IMG/VR virus record: IMGVR_UViG_3300018073_000003
Location: 1 to 43,920 of that record
DNA from: a virus
Lineage: Duplodnaviria; Caudoviricetes
DNA: 43,920 nucleotides
Direction: 5' to 3' (one strand)
This document shows positions 23,488 to 34,092 of the stretch, one piece after another. The number at the start of each line of letters is the position of its first letter. The first letter of the stretch is position 1. The notes under the pieces are model-generated. The model worked only from the letters and a program-made list of their open reading frames with translations. It did no database searches and was not told where the DNA came from. Both the position numbers and the translations under genes were made by a program.

Positions 23488-25416
23488 TCACTGCGCGTCG
23501 AAGTCGTTGGGCCCGCGCACCTCGGTCACGGTCTTCCACGACGGCGGGTTGCCGACGTAGACGCGGTCGCCGACGCTGACACCCGCCTTCGGGGCGCCGA
23601 CGCGGATGTCCTTGGGCAGCGGCTGGTGCGACGCGCCCGCTGCGCCTTTGCCTGCGAACGCCTGCACGCGCGGCGTCACGCCGGGGATCGCCGTGCGCTG
23701 GCTACTGAAGTCGAACGACGGCGACGCGGCGGCCGTTGCAGGCTTGACCGGCGGCGCCTCGGGCTCGGGCGCCAGTTCGACGCCCCCGCTCGCGCCCTTC
23801 TGCAGCAGACGCGGACGCGGGATGCCCTTGAGCACCATCGGGTCGTCGCTCGCGTTGTAGTCGCGCAGCACGTCCCACGGTTCGATGTTGCGACCCAGCG
23901 CCTGCTGCGCGGTGTCGTAGGCCCGGGCCAGCTGGCGGTTCTTGTGGTCCTTGTAGAGCCCGGCGGCCTCGTCGATCATCCCCTGCATCTGCTCGGGCTT
24001 GAGGATGTTGCCCTTCCACAGCGTGTTCCACAACTCGCGCGTCTTCTCGGGGATCGACGCGGCGTTTTGCGCCGACGCATACTCGCCGGGCAGAATCGCA
24101 GAGCCCGGGTCGAGCAGCTTGAACATGCCGAACACCAGCGCGCGCTGGCTGGTGAGGTTGCCCGCCTTCGCGCGTTCGCCGCTGCCCTTGATCGACTCCC
24201 ACGCCAGCGACCGCGTCGCAAACGGCTTGCTCTCGTCGATGTAGACCTTCTGCAGCGCGGCCCGCGCGCGTTCCTGCACGGTGCTGTAGGTGCGCGTCAT
24301 CCCGCCGGTGGTGTTCTCGCCTGCGGCCGCGCGGCGCCGCTTCTCGTCGAGCGCGAGCAGTTGCGCCAACCGCAGCTTCTTGAGCGTGGGGTCATCGTCC
24401 GACGCCGCCCACTCCTGCCGCGCCGCCAGCATAATCTCGCGCCGCTGGTCGCGGTCGGGCGGCTCGCCGGTCTTCTCGGTGAAGGCGTCGATGCGGTCGC
24501 GCACGAAACCCTCCCAGCCCATCTCGTCTTTGAAGCCCAGCCGCCGCGTCTCGGGCCCGCCGACGGTGCGGCTGCCCATGCGGCCCAACTCGGCCACGGT
24601 CATCTCTTGGCCCCGGAACGTGATCGTGGCCTTGGTCGCGGCCGCGTCGAGCGTCTCGCCGGGCGCGAGGAACTTGCGCATGTTCTCGATGGCCGCGTCG
24701 TAGGTCTTCGCCGCGTCATCCTGCACGGCCTTGACCAGCTGCGGCTTGACGACCGCGCCCAGCTTCATCGTGTCGATGCCCTGCGGGGCATACATCGGCG
24801 CCACAGAGCGGTAGTAGGCGGTGGCCGCCTCTGGGGTGTCGAACTTCATGCCGGTTTCGAGCAGCTTCTCGACGGCGGCGTTGCGGTCCTTCACGCGCTC
24901 GGCTCGCAGCTGCTGGTCCTTCTGGATGCGCTGCAGGCCCCGTTCGCGCCGCGCCGCATCGAGCTTGGCCTGCTCCAGTTCGTGTTCGCGCTGGGTCGCC
25001 TGCCCGCGCGCGTAGCCGCCCAGCATCCCGGTGGCGCCCGCCATGCCGCCGCCGAACTTGCCGACCATGCCCGCTGCCAGCAGCGGCACGATGGCCTCCA
25101 TCAGCGTCTGTTTGAAGCCGGGCTGCTCGCGCACCGGGTCGAGGAAGTCGCGATAGTCGATCTCGGGCTCTTGGTCCTGCGTGAACACCGACGACAGATC
25201 GAGGTCGTCGTCGTGCCCCGGCAGGTAGGGCGCGTCGGTCTGCGCCGGGGGCACGGCCGGGCCGCCCTGCAGCAGCGGGATGCCCATCGCCGGGCGCACC
25301 GGGTTGCTGCTCGGCAGCGGCGGCATCGGCGACACCGGCAGCGGGTTGTAGCTGTTGAGCGCTTCGGGCCCGTTGGTCAGCGCGCCGCCGAGGAGGAGGT
25401 CAAGGGGAGAGGCCAT
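23488..25416 (-). CDS. Internal virion / DNA-transfer (ejection) protein
   Basis: 642 aa; Gly-rich hydrophobic patch and helical body; ALVFGMFKLLDPGSAI.PGEY motif; position in the module. Confidence 0.7.
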   Translation of the reverse strand: MASPLDLLLGGALTNGPEALNSYNPLPVSPMPPLPSSNPVRPAMGIPLLQGGPAVPPAQTDAPYLPGHDDDLDLSSVFTQDQEPEIDYRDFLDPVREQPGFKQTLMEAIVPLLAAGMVGKFGGGMAGATGMLGGYARGQATQREHELEQAKLDAARRERGLQRIQKDQQLRAERVKDRNAAVEKLLETGMKFDTPEAATAYYRSVAPMYAPQGIDTMKLGAVVKPQLVKAVQDDAAKTYDAAIENMRKFLAPGETLDAAATKATITFRGQEMTVAELGRMGSRTVGGPETRRLGFKDEMGWEGFVRDRIDAFTEKTGEPPDRDQRREIMLAARQEWAASDDDPTLKKLRLAQLLALDEKRRRAAAGENTTGGMTRTYSTVQERARAALQKVYIDESKPFATRSLAWESIKGSGERAKAGNLTSQRALVFGMFKLLDPGSAILPGEYASAQNAASIPEKTRELWNTLWKGNILKPEQMQGMIDEAAGLYKDHKNRQLARAYDTAQQALGRNIEPWDVLRDYNASDDPMVLKGIPRPRLLQKGASGGVELAPEPEAPPVKPATAAASPSFDFSSQRTAIPGVTPRVQAFAGKGAAGASHQPLPKDIRVGAPKAGVSVGDRVYVGNPPSWKTVTEVRGPNDFDAQ

Positions 25417-25419
25417 GAC

Positions 25420-26532
25420 CTACGCTCCCAACCACGCCTTCATGCCCGCGCCAATCACCGGCGCGGCCACCTGCCCGACCGTGCCCCACATCGCGGTCTT
25501 GTTCGCATCCGCGTAGCGCTTGGCCTCGTCCTGCTGCCGCTGCTGCGCCAGCTGCTGCTCATACAGCTGCTGCGGCGTGCCGAAGCCGCCGAGGATCTGC
25601 TGCATCTGCGCGAGACGCTGCTGGCCCAACTGTGCGGGCAGCGCGGAGGTGCCGAGGTGCTGCTCGCCGCGTTCCATGTCCTGCATGTAGCCCTGCTGCT
25701 GCAGGCCCGCCAGCTGCCCGGCGATGCCGACACGGCGGTCGCCGAGGCTCGACAGCAGCTGCGCGAGGTTGCTGGCGATGTTGGCGCGCTGTCCCTCGAA
25801 CGACGCGCGGTTGTTGGCGTCGGCCTGCCCGTGCTGCGACAGCCCGCCGCTCATCGTCACCGCGAGGTCGCGCCGACGGTTGCGCTCGTCGGTCACGTAC
25901 TTGAGCAGGTCGCGCTGCTGCGACGCCCGCGCGCCTTCGTATTCGCCTTCAAGCAGCGCGCCCGCTTCCTGCGCGGTGCCGGAGGTCGGCGACATGCCCA
26001 TCGACGCGAGCCGTTGCCGCAGCTGGTCGGTGCGGTCGTCGCGCGATCGCGCAAGGTCGTCAAAGAACCGGGCCTTGAGCGCCGCCTCATCGGAGGCGCT
26101 GTAGGGGTCTTGGTTCAACTCCTTCATGCGGTTGGTGGTCGACGTCGCGTATTGCCCCAAGTAGGCGTTGGGTGGGGCAGTTCTCTTTGAGAGCCCGCCG
26201 AGGTTTTTGAGCGCGTCGGTCAGACGCGGGTCTTCCCGCAGCGCCCCGCGCAGGATGTTCTGCGACTCGCCGTAGTTCGGGCCCGGCTGCGACAGCTGGC
26301 TCATGCGCTGCGTCCAGCTGGACATGATCGGCTGCGTCAGCGGGTCGTCGAAGAACGGGCTCGGACCCGTGTTGAGCGAGAAGCCCGGCTGCGGGTAGGG
26401 CGACTGCTGCTGGCCCTGCGGCTGCGTCCACGACGGCGTGCCCTGCGGCGCCATCACCGGCGACGGCATGTAGGGCTGCATCTGCTGCTGCGACGGCGCG
26501 TAGGGCTGTGGCTGATACTGCGCGGACATCAC
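25420..26532 (-). CDS. Pilot/ejection protein
   Basis: 370 aa; Q/P-rich N-terminus; LASMGMSPTSG and Q/A/G-rich helices; amphipathic C-terminus. Confidence 0.7.
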   Translation of the reverse strand: MMSAQYQPQPYAPSQQQMQPYMPSPVMAPQGTPSWTQPQGQQQSPYPQPGFSLNTGPSPFFDDPLTQPIMSSWTQRMSQLSQPGPNYGESQNILRGALREDPRLTDALKNLGGLSKRTAPPNAYLGQYATSTTNRMKELNQDPYSASDEAALKARFFDDLARSRDDRTDQLRQRLASMGMSPTSGTAQEAGALLEGEYEGARASQQRDLLKYVTDERNRRRDLAVTMSGGLSQHGQADANNRASFEGQRANIASNLAQLLSSLGDRRVGIAGQLAGLQQQGYMQDMERGEQHLGTSALPAQLGQQRLAQMQQILGGFGTPQQLYEQQLAQQRQQDEAKRYADANKTAMWGTVGQVAAPVIGAGMKAWLGA

Positions 26533-26539
26533 GGCCCTC

Positions 26540-27046
26540 CTAGCTCATGTAAGGCGGCTGCTGCAGTTGGCTCTGCATCATCGCCGAGGTGATCGCGCGC
26601 GGGTCGACGCCGCCGAAGTTGGGATACTGCGCGCCGGGCAGGCCCCCGCCAGCGGGCGCGCGTGGCGTCAGCCCCGGCAGGCCGCCCGCGTTGTATTTCT
26701 GCGTCCACTGGTCGATGCCACCGCCGGGCTGCTTCATGTAGGTCGGCATCATGCCCGACGCCATCGACAAGCTCGCCTGCTGCAGCGGCTCGGCCGCCAT
26801 CATGCGGTCCTTCTGGAACGACAGCAGCTGGTTGAGCGCGTCGCTGGTCTTGCCGCTCTGCGCCTCCGCGTCGCTGGTCTTCTTCTTCTTGCCCAGCATC
26901 GAGCCGATCAACCCGATGGCCAGCGGGGCCAGCAGGCCGAAGATGGCGCGGTCGTGCACTGACGGGCCCAGCAGCCACGGCGTGACCACCAGCGCATCGA
27001 GCAACAGCAGCGCGACGACGAGGACGAGCTTGAACACGCGAGCCAT
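26540..27046 (-). CDS. Small ejection/internal virion protein with hydrophobic N-terminus
   Basis: MARVFKLVLVVALLLL...GLLAPLAIGLIGSMLGKKKK; gp7-like position. Confidence 0.6.
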   Translation of the reverse strand: MARVFKLVLVVALLLLDALVVTPWLLGPSVHDRAIFGLLAPLAIGLIGSMLGKKKKTSDAEAQSGKTSDALNQLLSFQKDRMMAAEPLQQASLSMASGMMPTYMKQPGGGIDQWTQKYNAGGLPGLTPRAPAGGGLPGAQYPNFGGVDPRAITSAMMQSQLQQPPYMS

Positions 27047-27047
27047 C

Positions 27048-27413
27048 TTACGCCTCCACCAGTACGCGGATGAGTGCATTGACCGCCGGGCTCGACAAGT
27101 AGATGCGCTCGGCGTCGGCCGGGCGCGTCACGCGCAGCGGCACGAACTCGTTGTCGGCCATGTCCAGCGGCAGCACCGGGATCAGCAGGTAGGGCGGCGA
27201 CGCGAGCCCGTGCTTGATCTCGAACTCTTGGTTGGCCACCGGCGCGGTCGCCGCGACGAAGTAATACTGCTGCCCGTTCTCGGCGCGCTCGGAGTCTTCG
27301 GGCCGCCCGAAACGCATGTTGTCGAGGATGTAGTCGAACGCGCTTTTGAGCGCGCGTCGGTGCTCGACGGGCAGGCCCGCCAGCAGCGCCGTGATGTAGG
27401 AAGAGCGGGCCAT
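27048..27413 (-). CDS. Putative tail/needle-associated virion protein
   Basis: MARSSY..; NQEFEIKHGLASPP motif. Confidence 0.65.
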   Translation of the reverse strand: MARSSYITALLAGLPVEHRRALKSAFDYILDNMRFGRPEDSERAENGQQYYFVAATAPVANQEFEIKHGLASPPYLLIPVLPLDMADNEFVPLRVTRPADAERIYLSSPAVNALIRVLVEA

Positions 27414-28243
27414 CAGAAGTGGTTGTAGACCAGCGTCATGTGGATGTTGTGACCAGCCGCCCACGGGCCGGGGTTCCCGGCGCTGGCGTAGATCGCGCTC
27501 CCGTTCGGATGCCACGACACCTCGGTCGCGGTGATCAGAATGGGCAGAAAGTTCCGGCCGAGGCCGCCGGTAAACGCGCGCCCGGTCCCGACCACTTCCC
27601 CGCCGCCCGCCGCGCACGCGATGGGCAGCCCGAAGCGCCAGTCGCCCGTGCCGCCCGTGGTGGTGGACCCGAAGTTGAGGATCATGCGCGCGAACACCGT
27701 CTTGCCGACCAGCGTGTAGCGCCCGTAGAAAAACCCATTACCCACGACCGGCTGCGTGCCCGTGCTCGTCCACGTCGGCGCGTAGTCGTGCCACTCGCCC
27801 AGCGGGTAGTCGCCGCGCCTCACCTCGTAAATCCGGCCGGGCGGCACCACGACCCAGACCGGCGTGAACACGCGCGACGCGGCCCCGGCCGGGGCGTGGA
27901 ACAGCGTCACTCGCCCATCGGAACCAAGACGCAGCAGCAGCGAGTCGACGGCCACGTCGTCGGCGATCCACGTCGAGCCCACCCAGTTGGCGTTGGCCGC
28001 CCAGTCGAACGTGCCGTCGGAAATCCCGATCAGCCGCAGTGTGGCCGTGCCGTCCTTGAGCGTGAAGGTCGGCTGTGTGCCCACCACCGTGAGCGGCGAG
28101 GCCACCGGCAGCGTCGGCGGCGCGAGGAGCTTGGTCGCAATCGCCGCGACCTCGTTCTGCAGCGCGTTGACGTGGTCCGCGTAGAAGGTCTGCCCTTCCG
28201 CGCGCGTCGGAAACGCGGGCACCGCTGTGGGGAAGGTGGCCAT
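27413..28243 (-). CDS. Tail fibre/receptor-binding protein paralog 3
   Basis: MATFPTAVPAFPTR..DHVNALQNEVAAIAT; C-terminal YAPTW..GNG..GRYTLVGKTV..GSTT.G.G.W.F.LP. Confidence 0.75.
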   Translation of the reverse strand: MATFPTAVPAFPTRAEGQTFYADHVNALQNEVAAIATKLLAPPTLPVASPLTVVGTQPTFTLKDGTATLRLIGISDGTFDWAANANWVGSTWIADDVAVDSLLLRLGSDGRVTLFHAPAGAASRVFTPVWVVVPPGRIYEVRRGDYPLGEWHDYAPTWTSTGTQPVVGNGFFYGRYTLVGKTVFARMILNFGSTTTGGTGDWRFGLPIACAAGGGEVVGTGRAFTGGLGRNFLPILITATEVSWHPNGSAIYASAGNPGPWAAGHNIHMTLVYNHF

Positions 28244-29100
28244 TACGGTGTCTCGTAGGTGAACGCCGCGTAGATGTAATTCCCGGCGGCCCACGTCCAC
28301 GGCACGCCCGGCCCCACCACGCCGTTCGAGTTTTCGGGGGTCATATGCACGTAGGTCGGATTGCCCGGCGCTGCCACCCAGCAGGTCCGCTGGCCGGGCG
28401 GCCCGACCATGCGGCCGTGCCCCAACGGATCCCAGCCCAGCCACGACAAGATCGGGTAGGCAGGCGGCACGGTGAAGTACCACATTCCGGTCCCCTGCGT
28501 CGACGTGCTGCCAAGGCCCAGTGTGACGCGGCAGTGAACCGTCTTGCCGATGATGGTGTAGCGCCCGGCGATGGTGCCGTTGCCCAGCGCGGGCGCGGTG
28601 CCCGATGCGCCCCACGTCGGCGTGTAGGCCGTCCACTCGCCCAGCGCGGCCGGTCGGCCCGCCTGCGTGATCGCTCCGGTCGGCGCGACCATGAACTGGT
28701 TCTGCCACGCGCGCGCGGCCGCGCCGCCGGGCGCGAAATACATGACGAGGCTGCCGATGGAGATCGCCAGCTGCACCAGCGACGACGTCGCCGCCGGTTC
28801 GTCGGCGGTCCATGTCGGCCCGGCCAGACTCGCGTTGTTTGACAGCGTGAGGTGCCCCCCGCTTTCAGCGGTCAGCCGCCCCTTGGCGGCCCCGCCCGCC
28901 GGGTCGTCCAGCGCCAGCGCCGCGTCCGCGCCCGACACCACCAGCGGCGTGACGGTGACCGGCGCAGGCGGCGTGGTGATCATCGACGTCGCGATGGCCG
29001 TGACCTCGTCCTGCAGGGCGTTGACGTGATCGGGCAGGATCGGCGTCGAGTCGACGCGCGTCGGAAATGTGGGCACGGCTCCGGGGAAGGTGGCAGCCAT
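28243..29100 (-). CDS. Tail fibre/receptor-binding protein paralog 2
   Basis: MAATFPGAVPTFPTR..DHVNALQDEVTAIAT; same architecture. Confidence 0.75.
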   Translation of the reverse strand: MAATFPGAVPTFPTRVDSTPILPDHVNALQDEVTAIATSMITTPPAPVTVTPLVVSGADAALALDDPAGGAAKGRLTAESGGHLTLSNNASLAGPTWTADEPAATSSLVQLAISIGSLVMYFAPGGAAARAWQNQFMVAPTGAITQAGRPAALGEWTAYTPTWGASGTAPALGNGTIAGRYTIIGKTVHCRVTLGLGSTSTQGTGMWYFTVPPAYPILSWLGWDPLGHGRMVGPPGQRTCWVAAPGNPTYVHMTPENSNGVVGPGVPWTWAAGNYIYAAFTYETP

Positions 29101-29948
29101 CACTGCACCTCGTAGGTGAGCCACATCGAGATGTAGCCGCCGGTTGTCCACGCGACCGGCGTGCCCGGCCCGACGATGGCGTTGGCGCTGCCCTCGGCGA
29201 TGGCCCCCACGTTGCCTTGGTTGACCCAGAGCACCTCGCCGATGTTGTTGGTGAACATCGACAAGCGCGCACACCCGACGCAGTCCATGCCCGACGCAGG
29301 CATCGGCAGCCCCGGCGGAATCGACCAGTACCAAAACCCTGCGCCTTGCGTCGAGGTGCTCCCGATGATGAAGAGGATGCGTGCGTAGACGGTCTTGCCG
29401 ACGACCGTGTAGACGCCAGAGAGGGTGCCGTTGCCCAGCACTGGCTGGGGGTTCGCCGACGACGCCCAGACCGGCGTGTAGCCCTGCCACACGCCCATCG
29501 CGACACTGCGCCCGCGCTCGTAGATGTGCCCGGTGGACGGCACCGCGAACGCCTCGGTCCACGCGGGCGGATTGGTCCCGGCCGGTGCCCGAAGGAAGCG
29601 CAGCGTCCCGTCGTTGGCGCTCAAGCGCAGCAGCGTCACCTGCTGCGTGAGGTCGTCCACCACCCAGTTGACGCCGTCGAAGCGCACGTTGGTGGTGAGG
29701 TCGGCCTTCGACCCCGCCAGCACTTGCGCGCGGCCCTTGGCGTTGTTGGGGCCGGTGTCGTTCAGTTCCAGCGTCGGGTTGGTCGCCTGCAGGATCAGCG
29801 GCGACCGCACCGTGTTGGCCGGGGTCGCCAGCACCTTGGCGGCAATGGCGACCACCTCGTCCTGCAGTCCGTTGATGTGCTGCGGGAAGATCGGCTGCAG
29901 CGCCGCGCGGGTCGGAAAGACGGGCACCTCGGCGGGGAACTTCGCCAT
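29100..29948 (-). CDS. Tail fibre/receptor-binding protein paralog 1
   Basis: MAKFPAEVPVFPTR..QHINGLQDEVVAIAA; same architecture. Confidence 0.75.
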   Translation of the reverse strand: MAKFPAEVPVFPTRAALQPIFPQHINGLQDEVVAIAAKVLATPANTVRSPLILQATNPTLELNDTGPNNAKGRAQVLAGSKADLTTNVRFDGVNWVVDDLTQQVTLLRLSANDGTLRFLRAPAGTNPPAWTEAFAVPSTGHIYERGRSVAMGVWQGYTPVWASSANPQPVLGNGTLSGVYTVVGKTVYARILFIIGSTSTQGAGFWYWSIPPGLPMPASGMDCVGCARLSMFTNNIGEVLWVNQGNVGAIAEGSANAIVGPGTPVAWTTGGYISMWLTYEVQ

Positions 29949-29949
29949 G

Positions 29950-31842
29950 TCAGAACCCGCGCAGCTGCGGCTCGGGCCGGTGCCCAATCGCGTAGGTGAA
30001 CCAGCGGAACAGCGACTGCCCCTTATAGGTCGCGCGCAGCGAGAGGGTGAGCCCCTCGGAGGTCAGCGGCAGCATCGACGTGAAGTTGCGGCGCAGGCGG
30101 CCGCCGTAGGGCGACACGCCGTAGGTCGACACCGTGTAGGCCGAGATGGAGGCGGCGATGGCAAACGACAGCGTGGTGACCGCCGCGTCGTCCACCCGCA
30201 CCTCCATGCTGAACTGCCCGGGCGAGGGCGCATACTCGCCGAACAGATCGATAAAGCGCGTCCACCGGCGCGGCGCGGCCAGCAGCGCCGGGCCTTCGTA
30301 GACGCAGACCATGTCGGCGCCGTTGGCGCTCATGCCGACCGACTCCTCGCAGAGCCGACCCGAGGTGATGCGCTCCCACGACAGCAGACGCCCTTGGTCG
30401 CCGGTCACGGCTTCCTTGCCGTCCCACGGGATGTAGCCGCCGATGGCGCGGTCGGTCGACGTCCACGCCTCCGTCTCCTGCTCGCGCGTGCGCGACAGAT
30501 CGAGGATCCACTCGCCGGGCCCATCGGTTTCAAACAGACGCGGCACGGTCACCCGCACTTCTTTGCGGCGCTCATGGTAGGTGACCGCAATCAGCGCGAC
30601 CTCCGCAGGCGTGGCGTGTTCCATCACGTCGCGCCACGCCGTGATGATGCTGTCGCTGAGCAGCCGGTCGCTGGCGCCGTCGAAGATGTAGACGCCGCCC
30701 TCAGCCGCGTGGACGACGCCTTGCTCGATGACCCAGCACGCGCGCACGCCGACGCTGCCCGCCACCGCGCCAGAACTCGGGCGCACCTCGAAGTCGAGGC
30801 TCGTCTGGCCGATGATGAGGAACACGCCGGTGTTGCCGAACACCGCGAGCGTGTCGCCCAGCGCGATGAGCCCGGTGATCTTGTCGCCCTTCTCGAACGG
30901 GATGTCGACGTAAAACAGATCCGGCCACGCCTGCGGCAGGAAAACCTCGGTGAAGTGGATCCGGTTGCCCACCGTCGAGGAGAGCCCCCACCAGCGGTTG
31001 CGCCACACCACGCCGTAGCTCATCGCCTTGGGCAGGTCGTGGCGCGTGGGCACCTCCAGCCCGTCGGGGAAGAAGTTGGGGTTGGTGATGTCGAAGGTCG
31101 TGGTCGCGCCCGCCGGGTTGGGGACACTGCCCGCGCGGCGCAGCACCGACTCGCCCGCCGTCACGTTGCGCGCGTAGATGTAGATGGTGTCGACCTGCGG
31201 GTCCGCTGACCGCCCCACCGTCACACGCAGCGTGCCCTGCCCGGCCGCCAGCGACCCGGAGGTCACGGCACTCGCGTTGCTCTCGGCGCTCAGCGCGTCG
31301 TCCGCGTAAGTGTAGGCCACCTCGTAGGTGTTGCCCACGACCAGCGACCCGCCCGCCACCGCGACCAGTCCCGGCCCCGCGCCCGCGCGCTTGTCGATGC
31401 CAAACGCGGTCCAGACGGTGCCGTCCACGCTTTTCACCATCGGCGCTTGACTGTCGAACAGCGCGACGAGGTTGCGGTCGTAGGTGAAGTGATGCTGCGC
31501 GGTGGTCGAGCGCCCGCTGAGCACCGCCGCGCCCCACGCACCCGCGTCGGACGGCTTCAAGACGTAGCCGTGGGCGAAGCCCGCCAGCGTGAAGGTCGCG
31601 TCCTTGAGGTAGATGCGCCGCGCGCCGACGCACGCGGCCCCGACACCGGCCGTGGTGAAGATGCGCCAGCCGGGATAGGGCTGCCACGCGCCCGGCTCTT
31701 GCAGCGAGACGTTCCGCAGCGTGCGCGCCCGCACCGGCTGCAGCAGCGACGGCGAGCGGCGCAGGTCGACACCGCCGGTGAGGTCGTCGACCGTCACCAG
31801 CTGATACGACGTGTTGCCGAGGGCGCTGCCCTTCTTCGCCAT
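29950..31842 (-). CDS. Tail nozzle / tubular protein B (P22 gp10-like beta-propeller)
   Basis: 630 aa; DLTGGVD start; WRNRWW, IHFTE..P..WP, GDKITGL..LGDTLAVF patterns. Confidence 0.75.
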   Translation of the reverse strand: MAKKGSALGNTSYQLVTVDDLTGGVDLRRSPSLLQPVRARTLRNVSLQEPGAWQPYPGWRIFTTAGVGAACVGARRIYLKDATFTLAGFAHGYVLKPSDAGAWGAAVLSGRSTTAQHHFTYDRNLVALFDSQAPMVKSVDGTVWTAFGIDKRAGAGPGLVAVAGGSLVVGNTYEVAYTYADDALSAESNASAVTSGSLAAGQGTLRVTVGRSADPQVDTIYIYARNVTAGESVLRRAGSVPNPAGATTTFDITNPNFFPDGLEVPTRHDLPKAMSYGVVWRNRWWGLSSTVGNRIHFTEVFLPQAWPDLFYVDIPFEKGDKITGLIALGDTLAVFGNTGVFLIIGQTSLDFEVRPSSGAVAGSVGVRACWVIEQGVVHAAEGGVYIFDGASDRLLSDSIITAWRDVMEHATPAEVALIAVTYHERRKEVRVTVPRLFETDGPGEWILDLSRTREQETEAWTSTDRAIGGYIPWDGKEAVTGDQGRLLSWERITSGRLCEESVGMSANGADMVCVYEGPALLAAPRRWTRFIDLFGEYAPSPGQFSMEVRVDDAAVTTLSFAIAASISAYTVSTYGVSPYGGRLRRNFTSMLPLTSEGLTLSLRATYKGQSLFRWFTYAIGHRPEPQLRGF

Positions 31843-31848
31843 GCGCGC

Positions 31849-32538
31849 CTAGTAGGGCCGCTGGTAGGGCGCTTGACCCGCCGGGATGTAGCGGCCGCTG
31901 GCGTCGGCGGTGGCCCCGCCCTGCGCAGCGCGCTGCTGGCTGTCGTAGTAGGTCTGCGAGTCGCCGTCCCACAATGAGCCGCGATAGCCCGCCATGTATT
32001 GCGGCGGCGGGGCAGCGGCCGCCGGGGGCTCCAGTGCCCCGCCGCCGATGACGTTGGGGTTGATCGGCACCTTGGCCTTGATGGCGTTGGTGATCTTGCT
32101 GCGGCTGCCGCCGCTGCCCGCGACGCGGCTGGGCTTGGCCGCCGCGACGGCCGGTTTGACCGCCGCCTTGATCGCGGCGACCGGGCTTGCCGGGCTGGTG
32201 CTCTGCGCGGCCGCCGGGGGCGGCGCAGGCGTCTGCACCGCACCGCCAGTGAAGCGCGGCGGCGCCGCAGGCCGCGCGGACCCCGCGCGCTTGCCGGTCA
32301 TCGCCCGCACCAGCGCTGACATGCGCGCCTGCGAGGCGTCGCCGCCGCCGGGCACGGTCGGCCGATAGGCACCGCCCATCAAGTCGGACGGTGGCGCGCT
32401 GTCGGAGCCCAGCACCTTGGGCAGCTTGAGCGACAGCGTCTGCAGCGCCTGCTGTGTGGGCGTGCGCTTCTTGAGCCGCGTCGCCTGCTCTTCGAGCCCC
32501 GCCGGGGTGACGCCGAAGCTGGAACCGAGTGCCGCCAT
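31849..32538 (-). CDS. A/P/G-rich low-complexity virion-module protein
   Basis: 229 aa; QQALQTLSLKLPKVLG core; GGAG RBS. Confidence 0.65.
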   Translation of the reverse strand: MAALGSSFGVTPAGLEEQATRLKKRTPTQQALQTLSLKLPKVLGSDSAPPSDLMGGAYRPTVPGGGDASQARMSALVRAMTGKRAGSARPAAPPRFTGGAVQTPAPPPAAAQSTSPASPVAAIKAAVKPAVAAAKPSRVAGSGGSRSKITNAIKAKVPINPNVIGGGALEPPAAAAPPPQYMAGYRGSLWDGDSQTYYDSQQRAAQGGATADASGRYIPAGQAPYQRPY

Positions 32539-32547
32539 GTCTGACTC

Positions 32548-33578
<1,031 letters not shown>

Positions 33579-33579
<1 letters not shown>

Positions 33580-33767
33580 CAGCGTGCTCCCTTGTCTTCG
33601 ACCGCCAGCGGCCCCTGCGCCGCGCCCTTGAAGCGCGGCGTGCCTGCCTTCACGCGCGTCACGCGCGACTCCCCATGCACATCACAGCGTGGCTGCTCGT
33701 CGGCGCCCGCGTTGGCGTCGGCCTTCACGGTGCAGCCGCACGCCAGCGTGACCTCGACGGCGGCCAT
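33579..33767 (-). CDS. Small zinc-ribbon protein
   Basis: LACGC...PRCDVHG...PRFKG. Confidence 0.65.
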
Positions 33768-34090
33768 CAGCGCAGCCCCAGCCGCCCCATCAGCGACATC
33801 AACTCGTCGGGCATCGCGACCGACGCGGGGTCGTTCTCGTCGTCGTCGGGCAGCTGGCTGCCGGGCATCATCGGACGCGGCAACATCGGCGACGCCTCCG
33901 GCCGTGCCAGCTGCGGCATCGGCGCCATCTCGCCCGGCCGCACCGCACTGCGTGGGTCCATCGGTGGCGCGCCGCCCATCTCACCCGGGCGCACGGGCGA
34001 CGACGGGTCGCGCTTGCGCTTGAGCAGTTCCATCAGCTGCATCAGCACGTTGGGGCCCATTGCCCCGTTCATCATCTCGGAGAAGGGCAT
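33767..34090 (-). CDS. M/P-rich low-complexity protein
   Basis: 107 aa with repeated VRPGEM. Confidence 0.6.
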   Translation of the reverse strand: MPFSEMMNGAMGPNVLMQLMELLKRKRDPSSPVRPGEMGGAPPMDPRSAVRPGEMAPMPQLARPEASPMLPRPMMPGSQLPDDDENDPASVAMPDELMSLMGRLGLR

Positions 34091-34092
34091 GG

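Noticed and set aside
27413-29948. Diversity-generating retroelement or invertible tail-fibre shufflon
   Set aside because: No reverse transcriptase, invertase, near-identical TR/VR pair or inverted crossover sites are visible; the paralogs are full-length and co-oriented
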